Shown: positions 23,990-34,512 of the stretch, one piece after another
How the letters are laid out: each line of letters opens with the position of its first letter
How positions within the stretch are numbered: the first letter of the stretch is position 1
Assembly (NCBI GenBank): GCA_965216875.1
Contig: OZ244207.1
Coordinates: forward strand, 6,560,001-6,624,000
Direction of reading: 5' to 3'
DNA from: Rubripirellula sp.
GTDB taxonomy: Bacteria; Planctomycetota; Planctomycetia; Pirellulales; Pirellulaceae
Length of the DNA: 64,000 nucleotides
Program-made: the position numbers and the translations under genes
The notes under the pieces: generated by a model
What the model saw: the letters and a program-made list of their open reading frames with translations, nothing else
What the model was told of the DNA's origin: nothing
The model's database searches: none

Positions 23990-25366
23990 TTGAGCGATTT
24001 TTACAAAACGATCGCGAGTGTTTCATTCTTGCTGGCGATGGCTGGATCGGTCGTTAGCCAAGAGCCGGATCTGACCAAGACCGAGTTTGTGGTTGCCGCG
24101 CGCGTCGTAGATGATGCAACGGGAGAGCCCATACCGCTGTTTCGCACCATACCCGGAACAGCCCATCGATCTTGGCGCAGCGATGACGAAGAACTCGCGA
24201 TTTGGCAGCCGCATCTTGTTCGCGAAATGGAAGGCGGTGTCCTGTCGTGGCCAAGAAAGCGTGGGTATGACAAGTTTCGACTGCGAATCGAAGCCGAAGG
24301 CTATGAACCGACCTTTACCGAGTGGACCGGGCGAAAACTGAAGCAGATCACTCCCGAGATTCGGATGCGCCGCGCGAATCTGTTGCGCGGCAAGGTCGTG
24401 AATGCGGAGGGTGACCCAGCGGCTGGAGCTGCAATTTCGGTCTCTCTTCCCAATGCAACCGTTCGCCTTGACGGTTGCAAGTTTCAAAGGGGCGACAAGA
24501 CGCCAGAAAAGTTGAGCGATTGGTGGCGGTTGCCAAGGATGTTCAAGTGTGACGAGAACGGCGAGTTTGAAGTGCCTGCGGAGCCAGACGTTTCAGCAGT
24601 CGTCTGTATTGTTCACCCGGACGGCTATTTCGACCAGCTCGCAACCGATTTTGCCATGCATGTGCGAGACAAGGAAGAGCAACCGATTCAATTAAAGCGG
24701 TGGGCTCGCGTTGAAGGCCAAGTGAAATGGCTGGACATGATCGGTGATGGCGAACGTATTTCGCTGACGCTGCACAAAGATTTCAAATACCCCGGCATGA
24801 TTGCAGCCTATCCCAACGTTGTTTCCGATGCGAAGGGGCGGTTTGTGTTTGAACACGTTCCGCCCGAAAGTGTCACGACAAACCTTGTGGTGAAGCTACC
24901 AGAGGGGACGAAGCTTAGTCAGATGCAAGTGCGTTTTGACTACCCAACCTTCCGGGAACGGCTTGAGCCAGGAGAAACCTGGGAAGTCGATTTCGGTGGT
25001 CGTGGCGCTGTGGTCACGGGGCAGCTCGATGGCCTTGATACGTATGAAGGGGTGACGCTCAGCATTCGGCCACCCGCCCCCGAGACCTTTAGCTGGTTCA
25101 AAATGGGAATGCCTGCGGGTGGCGACGACTTGATGAAGGGATATCAGGCGCTGTCGAAATCACGCTACGCGAAGTACTACTTTCGCGATGGCTTGCCAGT
25201 TAACTCTGACGGCTCGTTTCGCATCGAAGAGGTGATGACGGGCAAGTATCAATTGATTGTCTCTGGAAATGCTGCTGGCATGAGCCAGTTCGATGTCCTT
25301 CCACAAGGTGATGGTGACTCGCCGGTCAACCTTGGAACGATCAAGGTTCGAGGCAGCAAACCCTAA
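23990..25366 (+). CDS. Secreted protein with carboxypeptidase-regulatory-like (transthyretin-fold) repeats
   Basis: Repeated RVVDDATGEPI / GKVVNAEGDPAAGA / SDAKGRFVFEHVP / SDGSFRIEEVMTGKY motifs; signal peptide after TTG 23990 (start uncertain). Confidence 0.75.
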   Translation: MSDFYKTIASVSFLLAMAGSVVSQEPDLTKTEFVVAARVVDDATGEPIPLFRTIPGTAHRSWRSDDEELAIWQPHLVREMEGGVLSWPRKRGYDKFRLRIEAEGYEPTFTEWTGRKLKQITPEIRMRRANLLRGKVVNAEGDPAAGAAISVSLPNATVRLDGCKFQRGDKTPEKLSDWWRLPRMFKCDENGEFEVPAEPDVSAVVCIVHPDGYFDQLATDFAMHVRDKEEQPIQLKRWARVEGQVKWLDMIGDGERISLTLHKDFKYPGMIAAYPNVVSDAKGRFVFEHVPPESVTTNLVVKLPEGTKLSQMQVRFDYPTFRERLEPGETWEVDFGGRGAVVTGQLDGLDTYEGVTLSIRPPAPETFSWFKMGMPAGGDDLMKGYQALSKSRYAKYYFRDGLPVNSDGSFRIEEVMTGKYQLIVSGNAAGMSQFDVLPQGDGDSPVNLGTIKVRGSKP

Positions 25367-25390
25367 GTCGCAGCGAAAGACTGCCGGTCG

Positions 25391-26845
25391 TTAAGCGATG
25401 ACGGGATGCATCAACTCGCCGTGGATGTCGGTCAACCTGAAGTCACGACCTTGGTACTTGTAGGTAAGTCGTTCGTGATCGATTCCCATCAGGTGCAGGA
25501 TTGTCGCGTTGAGGTCATGCACGTGATAGGGATCGGAAACGATGTTGTAGCAATAGTCGTCGGTTTCGCCGATGGTTTGACCACCTTTGACACCAGCGCC
25601 GGCCATCAGCATCGTGAAGCAACGCGGATGGTGATCGCGACCGTAGTTTGTTTCTGTCAGCGATCCTTGTGAATAGATCGTGCGTCCAAACTCACCGCCC
25701 CAAACGATAAGCGTGTCTTCGAGAAGCCCGCGTTGTTTGAGGTCTTTGAGGAGTGCTGCGGTTGCTTGGTCGGTGTCGTTGCACTGGCCCTTGAGCGCCT
25801 TGGGCAGTCCGGCATGGTGGTCCCAGCCCATGTGGAAAAGTTGCACGAAGCGGACATCGCGTTCGGCGAGTCGTCGGGCAAGCAAGCAGTTCGACGCATA
25901 ACTGCCAGTTCGCGTCACGTCGGGACCGTAAGCATCGAGCACATGTTGTGGCTCGTCCGAAACATCAAGCAAGTCAGGAACGCTCGACTGCATTCGGAAG
26001 GCCATTTCGTATTGGGCGATTCGAGCTTGGATTTCGGGGTCGCCGACTTCTTGCATTCGTTGATTGTTCAGCGCCGCAAGTCGATCGAGTGTGCTGCGAC
26101 GAAGTTCTGACGAGATGCCGGCTGGATTCGAAAGATAAAGAACGGCATCGCCCGTGTTTCGAAACTTCACACCTTGGTGTTTGGAAGGGACGAAACCGGA
26201 TCCCCACAGTCGGTCATAAAGCGGTTGGTCATTGGGACGGCCACTGCCAAACGATGTCAGCACGATGTAGGCAGGAAGGTCTTGATTCTCGCTGCCCAAT
26301 CCGTAGCTGACCCATGATCCTATGCTGGGGCGACCTGCGAGTTGGGAACCGGTTTGGAAGAAGGTGATCGCCGGGTCATGGTTGATCGCTTCGGTGTGCA
26401 GCGAACGGATCATGCACCATTCATCCGCAGTCGATGCAATGTTGGGAAGGAGTTCGCTGAACCACATTCCCGATTCGCCATGTTGATCAAAATTGAAGAT
26501 CGATGGAGCGACCGGAAACGATTTCTGCCCCGACGTCATCGTCGTTAGACGCTGACCTTGGCGAATCGAATCGGGAAGGTTCTCGCCGTGGCGATCCTTC
26601 ATCATCGGTTTGGGGTCAAACAAATCCATCTGCGACGGCGCACCCGATTGGAACAGATAGATGATGCGTTTGGCCTTAGGCGCATGATGTGGCAAGCCCG
26701 CCAGGACGTTCGATTCCGTGGCACCCGCGCTCTCGCCTCCGATCAAGGAGGCAAGTGCCGCAGCGCCGATGGCAGACGTGCCGCGTCGCATGAACAGACG
26801 ACGGTTGATGGCGTCTTGAAGAGCCAGTGTTTGGTTGGGATTCAT
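25391..26845 (-). CDS. DUF1501 family protein with Tat signal
   Basis: NRRLFM Tat motif, [58 protein letters not shown]. Confidence 0.93.
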   Translation of the reverse strand: MNPNQTLALQDAINRRLFMRRGTSAIGAAALASLIGGESAGATESNVLAGLPHHAPKAKRIIYLFQSGAPSQMDLFDPKPMMKDRHGENLPDSIRQGQRLTTMTSGQKSFPVAPSIFNFDQHGESGMWFSELLPNIASTADEWCMIRSLHTEAINHDPAITFFQTGSQLAGRPSIGSWVSYGLGSENQDLPAYIVLTSFGSGRPNDQPLYDRLWGSGFVPSKHQGVKFRNTGDAVLYLSNPAGISSELRRSTLDRLAALNNQRMQEVGDPEIQARIAQYEMAFRMQSSVPDLLDVSDEPQHVLDAYGPDVTRTGSYASNCLLARRLAERDVRFVQLFHMGWDHHAGLPKALKGQCNDTDQATAALLKDLKQRGLLEDTLIVWGGEFGRTIYSQGSLTETNYGRDHHPRCFTMLMAGAGVKGGQTIGETDDYCYNIVSDPYHVHDLNATILHLMGIDHERLTYKYQGRDFRLTDIHGELMHPVIA

Positions 26846-26858
26846 TTTCTGGTTTCAA

Positions 26859-29800
26859 TCAATCTCGAGTCACAAACTCATCAAGGTTTAGCAATACGTT
26901 TGCCGTCACGGTGTACGCGGCCCACTCAGTCGGATCGAGTTTTTCGCTTGGCTGCCACTTTCCGATTTCGAGCAGCGTTTTCGCAGCGTCTGGGTTGGCC
27001 GTGAAGTGTTTTTGGTCGTCTTTGAGTCCGTGCTCGAGAAGCAACAGTTCATCGGCAGTAGGGTTTCGCGCGAGTACGGTTTGGAATGCAAACTTCAGTC
27101 GGTCGGTTGGCGTGTTGCCACCGTCGGTGAGCATTTTGGCGGCCAATCCACGTGCGGCTTCGACAAAGGTGATCTCATTAAGAAGTGACAGCGCCTGCAG
27201 CGGTGTGTTGGTTCGCGATCGCTTTACCGTACAAACCTCGCGGTTGGGGGCGTCAAACAGCAGCATCGTTGGTGGCGCCGCAGTTCGTTTCCAGATCGTG
27301 TACATGGTGCGGCGATAAAGTCCGTCGCCGGTATCCGCTTTGTAGTTTCGCAGGTTGCCGTAGACGCTGGTTTCATCCCAGACACCTTCGGGCATGTAGG
27401 GACGAACGCTCGGACCGCCAATTCTGTCGATCAAGAGTCCACTGGCAGCCAACGCCGAATCGCGAATCATTTCGCCAGATAATCGGAAGCGTGAGCCACG
27501 AGCGTGCAGCCGGTTGGCCGGATCTTTCTCGAGCAATTGTGGGGTGACGCTGGACGCTTGTTGGTATGTCGCACTCATCACCATCATTTTGTGCATCGCT
27601 TTCATGTCCCAGGCGGTTGCCGGTTTGCCTGCGACATCGGGCAGCGTGCTCGGCTCCATGAACTCAACGGCGAGCCAATCAAGAAGTTCGGGATGGCTGG
27701 GGAATTCCGCTTGCGATCCAAAGTTCTCGGAGGTCTTGACGATGCCAACGCCAAAGAAGTGTTCCCAGGCACGGTTGACCCAAACACGCGCGGTCAGCGG
27801 GTTGGACGGATCCACAATCCATCGCGCCAAGCCAAGTCGGTTCATCGGTTGCCCTTCGGGCATCGGTGGCAAGACTTGAGGGAGGGCGCGTCCGACCTTA
27901 TCGGCAGGCTTGTCGTATTCACCACGGGTTAGGACAAAGGCATCGCGAACCTTGCCCTCTTTCATCACCATGGTTGTGACGATGGTTTTGTCGATGTCAC
28001 TGATTTGTTTTTCGAGCTTCTCGACCGCAGCGCCTGCTTCGCGCAAAGGCTTGTCGACATTCTCACGATAGTAGCTGGCGAGTTGTTTGGTCTCTTCGTC
28101 GCTTCGCTCGGACGAGGGTTTGGCCAGGACCTGTTCGATGTCCCCGGGGAAACGCTTGCCGTCAAGATGGAGCGCGTCGGGTTCGGCGCCGCTGACCGCA
28201 AGACGAAAACGACCGATGTTGTGTCCCGAATAAGGTGATCGGTGCTTCATCGTGATCTGAATGGAAGCACCGCTGGGAAGCTCCATCGGTTCTTTGCATT
28301 TGAGCATCAACCGCCGAGGCGTCCGTTTGTCTTTGATATGGCCATCGATGGCCCAGCCCTGACGTTTCTGGTTGGATGGCTTTCCGGTGCGGAGTGATTC
28401 GGCTGTCCAGCCAGCTTGTTCGTAGTTGGCTTGAGCCGCGATGAAGTCGACTTGTTTTGATGCGTCGCCATCGGTGCCACGAATTTCAGCAGTGAGGCTC
28501 GTCAACACAACGTTGCCGTTTCCCGCTCGGCCGTAGCCTTTGTTTGCAAGGCGATCGTCGGGCAACAATTCAAGCATCACGCCGCTCAAGGTGCTCATGC
28601 CAAGCGGCGCGGTGACGGTGTAGTCATCGAACGCAGGATTCTTGCCTTTGACAAGTAGCGATCCGTCGTCGAGGACTTGAAAATCCGCGCCGCCGGTCGA
28701 CTTGGCAACGACTTTGCTCAGGTCTTGCCACGGCGTTGATTTCGATGGCGAGTCGGCAAGCACCTTCTTTTCCCAAGCAGCGAGTCGCTCAGGCAAATCA
28801 CTCGCCGTTTTCTTTTTGTCGTTCTTGGCGACCTTCAACAGGTCGCGAAGCTTGGTGAGCTTTTCGGTTTGCTCGAGCGTTGGCAGGTCGAGGACCGGTG
28901 GCGTGTTCTGCCCGTTCTTGCCATTGGGCGCGAGCACACCCGATTCTTCGACCGAGTTGAAAAAGGCAAAGAGTTGGTAGAACTCCTTTTGACTAATCGG
29001 GTCGTACTTGTGATCGTGACAGCGACAGCAGTTCAGCGTGAGACCGAGCCAAGTCAATCCCGTCGTTTCCACACGGTCGATCACCGTCTCGACAAACCAC
29101 TCATCGACAATCCGCCCCCCTTCTCCGTTGAGTCGATGATTGCGATTGAACCCGGTAGCAATGAGTTGATCCTGCGATGGGTTGTCGAGCATATCGCCGG
29201 CCAGTTGTTCAATGGTGAATTGATCAAAAGGGACGTTGCGATTGAGTGCTTCGATCAACCATTGCCGCCAAGCCCAAAGTTCTCGGCTGCCATCGCTTTG
29301 GAAGCCATTGCTGTCGGCGTACCTGGCCAGGTCGAGCCAGCGGTGCGCCATCTGTTCGCCGTACCGTGGGGACATCAGCAAACGATCGACCAGTTTTTCG
29401 TAGGCGTCTTCGGACGTGTCGTCCAAGAACTGTTGCACTTCATCGGGCGTTGGAGGAACACCGGTCAAGTCGAGCGTGACGCGGCGGATCAACGTTTGAC
29501 GATCTGCTTTGCCGGATGGTCTGAGTCCTTCGCGTTTGAGTCGGTCGTGAATGAAACGATCGATCGCACGATCGGACCAATGGGTTTCTTCAGGAAGGTT
29601 GGGACGAACCGGAGCGGCGAAAGCCCAGTGGCCATCGTAGGGTGCACCTTCAGCGATCCAACGTTTGAGCAACTCGATCTGCGCTTTCGTCAGTTGTTTT
29701 CCTGAGTCTTGCGGTGGCATCCGCTCAAACTCGTCGTCGGTGATCACACGAGCGATCAGCAGGCTGGCTTCGACATCGCCCGGGACGATCGCCGGTTCGC

Positions 29801-30014
29801 CCGAATCGGCTTCGGCAATCGCACGATCGCGCTCGTCCAGGCGCAAGCCTCCCTCTCGGTGCTCTTCATCGGGACCGTGACAGACGAAACAATTCTCTGA
29901 AAGGATCGGACGAATGTCGCGATTGAACGAAACGGGATCGTCGGCAGAGGCAATCGAGGCCAGCATCGCGACGGCAAGGCTTGCGCAAACCGAAGGAAAA
30001 CGTCGGTGTGACAT
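26859..30014 (-). CDS. Planctomycete cytochrome c / DUF1549 / DUF1553 (PSD1) protein
   Basis: VSFNRDIRPILSENCFVCHGPD (CxxCH), LIRRVTLDLTG, WLDLARYADSNG, CCRCHDHKYDP, NPLTARVWVNR, HPELLDWLA, TPLQAL, NLDEFVTR; upstream of DUF1501. Confidence 0.93.
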   Translation of the reverse strand: MSHRRFPSVCASLAVAMLASIASADDPVSFNRDIRPILSENCFVCHGPDEEHREGGLRLDERDRAIAEADSGEPAIVPGDVEASLLIARVITDDEFERMPPQDSGKQLTKAQIELLKRWIAEGAPYDGHWAFAAPVRPNLPEETHWSDRAIDRFIHDRLKREGLRPSGKADRQTLIRRVTLDLTGVPPTPDEVQQFLDDTSEDAYEKLVDRLLMSPRYGEQMAHRWLDLARYADSNGFQSDGSRELWAWRQWLIEALNRNVPFDQFTIEQLAGDMLDNPSQDQLIATGFNRNHRLNGEGGRIVDEWFVETVIDRVETTGLTWLGLTLNCCRCHDHKYDPISQKEFYQLFAFFNSVEESGVLAPNGKNGQNTPPVLDLPTLEQTEKLTKLRDLLKVAKNDKKKTASDLPERLAAWEKKVLADSPSKSTPWQDLSKVVAKSTGGADFQVLDDGSLLVKGKNPAFDDYTVTAPLGMSTLSGVMLELLPDDRLANKGYGRAGNGNVVLTSLTAEIRGTDGDASKQVDFIAAQANYEQAGWTAESLRTGKPSNQKRQGWAIDGHIKDKRTPRRLMLKCKEPMELPSGASIQITMKHRSPYSGHNIGRFRLAVSGAEPDALHLDGKRFPGDIEQVLAKPSSERSDEETKQLASYYRENVDKPLREAGAAVEKLEKQISDIDKTIVTTMVMKEGKVRDAFVLTRGEYDKPADKVGRALPQVLPPMPEGQPMNRLGLARWIVDPSNPLTARVWVNRAWEHFFGVGIVKTSENFGSQAEFPSHPELLDWLAVEFMEPSTLPDVAGKPATAWDMKAMHKMMVMSATYQQASSVTPQLLEKDPANRLHARGSRFRLSGEMIRDSALAASGLLIDRIGGPSVRPYMPEGVWDETSVYGNLRNYKADTGDGLYRRTMYTIWKRTAAPPTMLLFDAPNREVCTVKRSRTNTPLQALSLLNEITFVEAARGLAAKMLTDGGNTPTDRLKFAFQTVLARNPTADELLLLEHGLKDDQKHFTANPDAAKTLLEIGKWQPSEKLDPTEWAAYTVTANVLLNLDEFVTRD

Positions 30015-30344
30015 TTGCGAGGCAATCAGGAGGAAGGGAGGGGAGGCGAGTTTCGCAGCACGCTCGCGGAGTGGAAAGGATTGATTCCGGCTCAAGCGGG
30101 TGCTGCAGACGTGTACAGACCGGAACCGCATTTTAGTCGCTTCCGCCGATCCTGCCTGCCCTGGTTTGCTTGCACCCGGGGAGGATCGCTGCGTTCGATT
30201 CAATCGTCACAGCCGGAGGCATTCGGAGCGGATTGGCCCCCACTCACATAGGCCATTTCTCGGTGCGCGCGTTCGACCCGGGATTCATGAGCTAAACAAA
30301 AAGTAGGAAGTCTTTTCTACAAATATCTGAATCCAGATTCATTC

Positions 30345-31187
30345 ATGATGCACCGACGCTACGCGCTTTCTGCGTTCGCTGTGGGCTTGGTAACGGTATG
30401 CGGTTGCAATCCGGCGAACCAACCCCAACCCAATCACTTTGCGGCAACACCGGTTGTTCATTCCTCTCGTGATGCCGAGCGATCAACCGACCCGGCCACC
30501 TTGGGGCAACCGTCGATCGAGCGGGAACTGCGCCCGAACCGGTCCCTTGGCCCATCCGGCCGGTACAAGCCGGAGCCTACCTTGCAGTCCGATTCGCTGC
30601 GGCAGAAGTGCATCGATGAACTCCGCCAACAGCGCTCCTATCGTTTCGACTTTGGGGTTCAGACGATCGATGGAAAGAGAATCTCGAAACGCGACTTCAA
30701 CGGTCGGCTCTTGATCGTCGATCTATGGGCGACTTGGTGCGGGCCTTGCAAACGCGAGATACCCCACTTCATCGCCCTACAACGAAAGTACAAAGATGCC
30801 GGGCTGTCGATTGTCGGATTCAACTTCGAACGCGAGTCGGGCTATTTGGCCAACGTTCGCAAAGTGCAATCGTTTGCCGATTCGGCAAGGATCAATTACC
30901 CGTTGGTCATTGGATCCGAAAAGATCTCAAAGCAAGTGCCGGACTTTCGCGCTTATCCCACGACGCTTTTTATCGATGGTAACGGCAAGGTGCGGCTAAC
31001 GATTGTTGGCGCTCGATCGAGGGCCGAGCTCGAAACGTTCGTGCAAATCCTTTTGCAAGATCCGTCCATCGACCCCGATGGCGTGACGTTGCCAACGCCG
31101 ATGGCGGATTCTGCGGGTGCGCAACCGGAGGGTCCGCCCCCCGTGAGGCTCAACCCATTCTTAACGGGCGACAAAGAAGTGCCGTAA
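30345..31187 (+). CDS. TlpA-like thiol-disulfide oxidoreductase, probable lipoprotein
   Basis: DLWATWCGPCKREIP, YPTTLFID; lipobox-like VTVCGC after a hydrophobic N-terminus. Confidence 0.9.
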   Translation: MMHRRYALSAFAVGLVTVCGCNPANQPQPNHFAATPVVHSSRDAERSTDPATLGQPSIERELRPNRSLGPSGRYKPEPTLQSDSLRQKCIDELRQQRSYRFDFGVQTIDGKRISKRDFNGRLLIVDLWATWCGPCKREIPHFIALQRKYKDAGLSIVGFNFERESGYLANVRKVQSFADSARINYPLVIGSEKISKQVPDFRAYPTTLFIDGNGKVRLTIVGARSRAELETFVQILLQDPSIDPDGVTLPTPMADSAGAQPEGPPPVRLNPFLTGDKEVP

Positions 31188-31353
31188 CAATCGGAACTTT
31201 CTGAATATCTAGCCCTTGTTAACTTGACTCCGCAAAGTCGTGACACATGTTTCCGTTGGATACATCTAGCCCATCCGGGGCAAGTTGCGTCCATCGGTCG
31301 ACCAATTCAATCCTCAAGCTGACCTGATTGTCAGCGGGACTCTGAACGGGTTA

Positions 31354-31428
31354 TCCGAAAAAGGCAAACCGATCGCGAGGTCGGGACGCAAAGTCACGGG
31401 TCTCTCCGAGACGGCCGGACTGCCGAAG
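31354..31428 (+). ncRNA. Cyclic di-GMP-I (GEMM) riboswitch aptamer
   Basis: GGCAAACC-GATC-GCGA-GGTC-GGGACGCAAAG P2 with GNRA loop; P3 TCACGGGTCTCTCCGAGACGGCCGGAC; TGCCGA 3' end. Equivalents of G20 (31363), A47 and C92 (31423) are present. Lies in the 5' leader of a signalling cluster. Confidence 0.92.
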
Positions 31429-31495
31429 CAAAACCCGCCCCAACACCAAAATGCGATTCGCCCGTTTTGCGGCAGGCGATTCGTGGGAGAGTCCC

Positions 31496-31885
31496 ATGCA
31501 ACAAGCCAAGATTCTAGTCGCCGACGACAGTCGGACGATTCGAGCGCTGGTCTGCCGCACTCTGACCCAAGCAGGCTTTGACGTCATGTTGGCTGCTGAT
31601 GGCTTGGAAGCTGTCCAGCTTGCTCGACGCGATCATCCCGATTTGGTGATTCTGGATATCCAAATGCCAGAGATGGACGGCTACACCGCGTGTGAGCAAA
31701 TCTTGGCGTTGGAAGATCGTCAATCTGAATTGCCCATCGTGTTTCTGACCAAAGACTCAGCCAAACACCTCAACGCGCTGGGCGCCCAACTGGGGGCCTA
31801 CCTGCCAAAGCCAGTTGAAGAAGAAACGCTGCTGTCGACCGTTCGCACGTTGCTCCATAAACGAGCAACCTCACAACTCTGCTAA
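31496..31885 (+). CDS. Single-domain response regulator (CheY/PilH-like)
   Basis: ILVADDS, VILDIQMPEMDG, VFLT, LPKP; RBS GGGAGAG before ATG 31496. Confidence 0.93.
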   Translation: MQQAKILVADDSRTIRALVCRTLTQAGFDVMLAADGLEAVQLARRDHPDLVILDIQMPEMDGYTACEQILALEDRQSELPIVFLTKDSAKHLNALGAQLGAYLPKPVEEETLLSTVRTLLHKRATSQLC

Positions 31886-31898
31886 CGGGATTTGGCAC

Positions 31899-32594
31899 AT
31901 GCTGATTAATGAAACACGACCAACACCCGAACAACTCGACGCAAAGAAGTTGCGCAGCGAGCTCGATGAATTCGTTGCACAAATCCAATCTCGTTTGGAT
32001 CAACTGTCACAATCGATCGCGCAATGTGAGTTAGGCGCCGACGCGCCTGCCGACGAGTTTTCAGCCGAGCCCAATGAGGAAGCTCTGGGTGCGTTGGAAT
32101 CGATCGGTGCGAGCGACCACCACGAAGCTCCAGCACCAAGCCCACTGCAAACGTTGCCGACGCCGCAACAAGAACTGCCGCCGCAGCAACCCGACTCCCA
32201 ACCACAACCCGTTTTGCAACCTGAGTCTCAGGTCGCAGAACCCGTTGCCGCTCCGGTGCAGCCCCCCGCTGCTGAAGTCCAACCCGCTGCTGAAGTCCAA
32301 CCGGTTGCTCAGGTCCAACCCGCCGCGCCAACACGCTCAGTTGCTTCGGCGCCTCCAGTTGCTTCGGCGCCTCCAGTTGCTTCGGCGCAGCCCGTTGCTC
32401 CAGCTCCAACAGAGCAGTTGCAAGTCACACCGGCCGAGCCAACCGCTCATTCCACTTCGCCAGCTTTGCCCGCTGCCGATCCCTTGCCAACTCCACCTGC
32501 GTCGAGCCAACCGGCAGCGTCCGAAACCGAGGACCCGTTCGATCGCTTGGCTGCGATCAAGCAAAGATTGGCCAAGCAAATCGAGAACGCATAA
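31899..32594 (+). CDS. Hypothetical helix - acidic Pro/Ala/Gln-rich linker - helix protein
   Basis: N-terminal helix LRSELDEFVAQIQSRLDQL, low-complexity middle, C-terminal DPFDRLAAIKQRLAKQIENA; 13-16 bp gaps to neighbouring genes. Confidence 0.75.
   Translation: MLINETRPTPEQLDAKKLRSELDEFVAQIQSRLDQLSQSIAQCELGADAPADEFSAEPNEEALGALESIGASDHHEAPAPSPLQTLPTPQQELPPQQPDSQPQPVLQPESQVAEPVAAPVQPPAAEVQPAAEVQPVAQVQPAAPTRSVASAPPVASAPPVASAQPVAPAPTEQLQVTPAEPTAHSTSPALPAADPLPTPPASSQPAASETEDPFDRLAAIKQRLAKQIENA
32265..32388 (+). repeat. In-frame 18-bp tandem repeats in a linker-coding region
   Basis: CCCGCTGCTGAAGTCCAA x2 (32265-32300) and CAGTTGCTTCGGCGCCTC x~3 (32338-32388), encoding PAAEVQ and VASAPP units. 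Confidence 0.85.
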
Positions 32595-32610
32595 CGCCTG
32601 AACAATAAGA

Positions 32611-33126
32611 ATGCCCATGGTTACTGCAACAGCTGAATCTTCGTCGCACTTGGCCGCGCAAGCGGACAAACACTGCGTCTTTCGATGCGGACAGTCTTGG
32701 TTTTCTGTACCGGCCATCGCCGTGCGTGAAATCTCGATTGCACCCTCATTGGTACGCGTGCCCGATTGCCACCACGCACTGGCTGGCCTCTGCCATTTGC
32801 GGAGCGAGTTTGTGCCGGTGATCGCTCTCGATGCATTGCTTGATGTTGACCAGCCAGAACCGAAGACGCATGACCGCTTGCTCGTGATCAACGGGACGTC
32901 GGTTTGGTCGCTGCTGATCGCGGAAGCCGCCGCACTCGAATCGCTCGAAACCATTGTCTCGCCCGAAGTTCGCGTTGATGAAACCAACCTTTCGGCCGTG
33001 ATGGGAACGGCGATGTTCCGCGAGAACATCGTTCGCGTCCTGAACCCAAACAGCTTGTTCCGACTTGCACAACATGCCCTGGAAGATGCCTGGGGCCGTC
33101 CGCCGCAACTCATTCACAACCCATAG
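32611..33126 (+). CDS. cheW: CheW-family coupling protein
   Basis: [52 protein letters not shown]; directly upstream of an MCP. Confidence 0.88.
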   Translation: MPMVTATAESSSHLAAQADKHCVFRCGQSWFSVPAIAVREISIAPSLVRVPDCHHALAGLCHLRSEFVPVIALDALLDVDQPEPKTHDRLLVINGTSVWSLLIAEAAALESLETIVSPEVRVDETNLSAVMGTAMFRENIVRVLNPNSLFRLAQHALEDAWGRPPQLIHNP

Positions 33127-33145
33127 TGACGTAGGGAGCCTCCCC

Positions 33146-34501
33146 TTGAAACTCCAAGCCCTATTTATGTTGACCCAAGGTGCGACCGCTCTGATCGCAG
33201 CTGGGGCGTTTGTGGCCGCCTTCCAATCTGGCAATCCCGTCATGATTGGCGGCGCTGCCGTGGTCGCGCTGCTTGCAATCGCAGGCACGGCGTGGTGGCT
33301 CAGTCTTCGTGTCCAAGCCGGACTCGATGGCATCGAGCTTGTCGTTGCCGACCACGAGAAAGCCAATCTAATCCGCACCGGCGTTGCAGAGTTCGATGAA
33401 GCTGCGAAACGCGTTGGCCAATGTGCGAGCCAATGGGAATCGGTTGCAGCGAACACTCGAGTGCAAGCACGCGAGTTCCAAGAAATGATGTCGCTGCTAA
33501 GCCGACGCGGTTCGGACCGACCCTCAAGCGAGCAACTTCGCGACGTGTTGTCGGGTCTCGGTAACACGCTTCACACCCACCTGGCTCAAATCGAACGCGG
33601 TGCTACCGAGATCGAACAGTACGCCAAGTCGATCACGGAAGGGGCCGAACACCAAGGCCACGCGGTGATCAAGACGACCGCTTACGTTGAACAGCTTTCA
33701 TCGACGATCGATACCGTCTCGACAAACGCCCAATCGGCTCATTCGGCGATGCAACGCACGAGCGATTCGGCGAGCACAGCGCTCGGTTTGCTCAGCGAAC
33801 TCAGTAGCGGCATGAATCGTGTTCGCAATGAGTCGCAAAACTGTGAAAAGAAGCTTCGCGGACTTTGCGATCCGGCTCGCCAAATCAGCGCGATCGTCGG
33901 AACGATCAGTGACATCGCAGCTCGAACCGACCTGTTGGCATTGAACGCTTCGATCGAATCGATTCGTGCAGGCGAGCACGGCCGCGGATTCGCGATCGTC
34001 GCCGACGAGGTTCGGAAACTGGCCGAGCAAGCGACCGACGCGACACGCGAAATCAGCAGTCTGCTCGATTCGATGCAACTGGTCACGCAAGAGTCGATCC
34101 GAGGGATCGAACGTGAGCGTGAACAAGTTGACGCCGAAGTCGAACGTGCCACGGCAGCGGAGAATGCCCTGCAACGAATCTGTAGTGGTAGCGAATCAGA
34201 CTTGCAAGCGATTCGACACATCGCTGAGTCATCGACACAGCAACTGCAACTTGCTCAAGACGTCGTTCTTGCTGTTGAGCAGATCTCGACGATCGCCAAG
34301 GACAATCGCGGTGGTGCCGAGAACGTTTGTTGGACGATGAAGTCGATCGCTCAAACCAACCCGCAATTCTCGGGCGTGATTGACCGACTTCGCGGTTGTG
34401 GTGACGCCACACAAAACGGCTTCGAAATGGAAGAACCCGCAGCGGTGGTTCCACCGGTCGCAGCGGCAACGCCGGCTCCTGAAATGACACCAGCGGGCTA
34501 A
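33146..34501 (+). CDS. Methyl-accepting chemotaxis protein with a TM hairpin and no periplasmic sensor domain
   Basis: Signalling tip [38 protein letters not shown]; two N-terminal hydrophobic helices joined by QSGNP; TTG start after AGGGAG. Confidence 0.9.
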   Translation: MKLQALFMLTQGATALIAAGAFVAAFQSGNPVMIGGAAVVALLAIAGTAWWLSLRVQAGLDGIELVVADHEKANLIRTGVAEFDEAAKRVGQCASQWESVAANTRVQAREFQEMMSLLSRRGSDRPSSEQLRDVLSGLGNTLHTHLAQIERGATEIEQYAKSITEGAEHQGHAVIKTTAYVEQLSSTIDTVSTNAQSAHSAMQRTSDSASTALGLLSELSSGMNRVRNESQNCEKKLRGLCDPARQISAIVGTISDIAARTDLLALNASIESIRAGEHGRGFAIVADEVRKLAEQATDATREISSLLDSMQLVTQESIRGIEREREQVDAEVERATAAENALQRICSGSESDLQAIRHIAESSTQQLQLAQDVVLAVEQISTIAKDNRGGAENVCWTMKSIAQTNPQFSGVIDRLRGCGDATQNGFEMEEPAAVVPPVAAATPAPEMTPAG

Positions 34502-34512
34502 GAGGCACTGCC

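Noticed and set aside
25391..30014. PSD1-cytochrome plus DUF1501 pair as a novel system
   Set aside because: A well-known, highly paralogous planctomycete gene pair; nothing distinctive here.
31363..31365. Possible 3',3'-cGAMP (GEMM-Ib) riboswitch variant, given the Geobacter-like P3
   Set aside because: The discriminating position is G, not A, so canonical c-di-GMP binding is predicted.
33134..33144. GGGA-NNN-TCCC mini-hairpin over the RBS, seen at both the REC and MCP starts
   Set aside because: 4-bp stems with 3-nt loops are expected by chance and are too weak to claim shared regulation.
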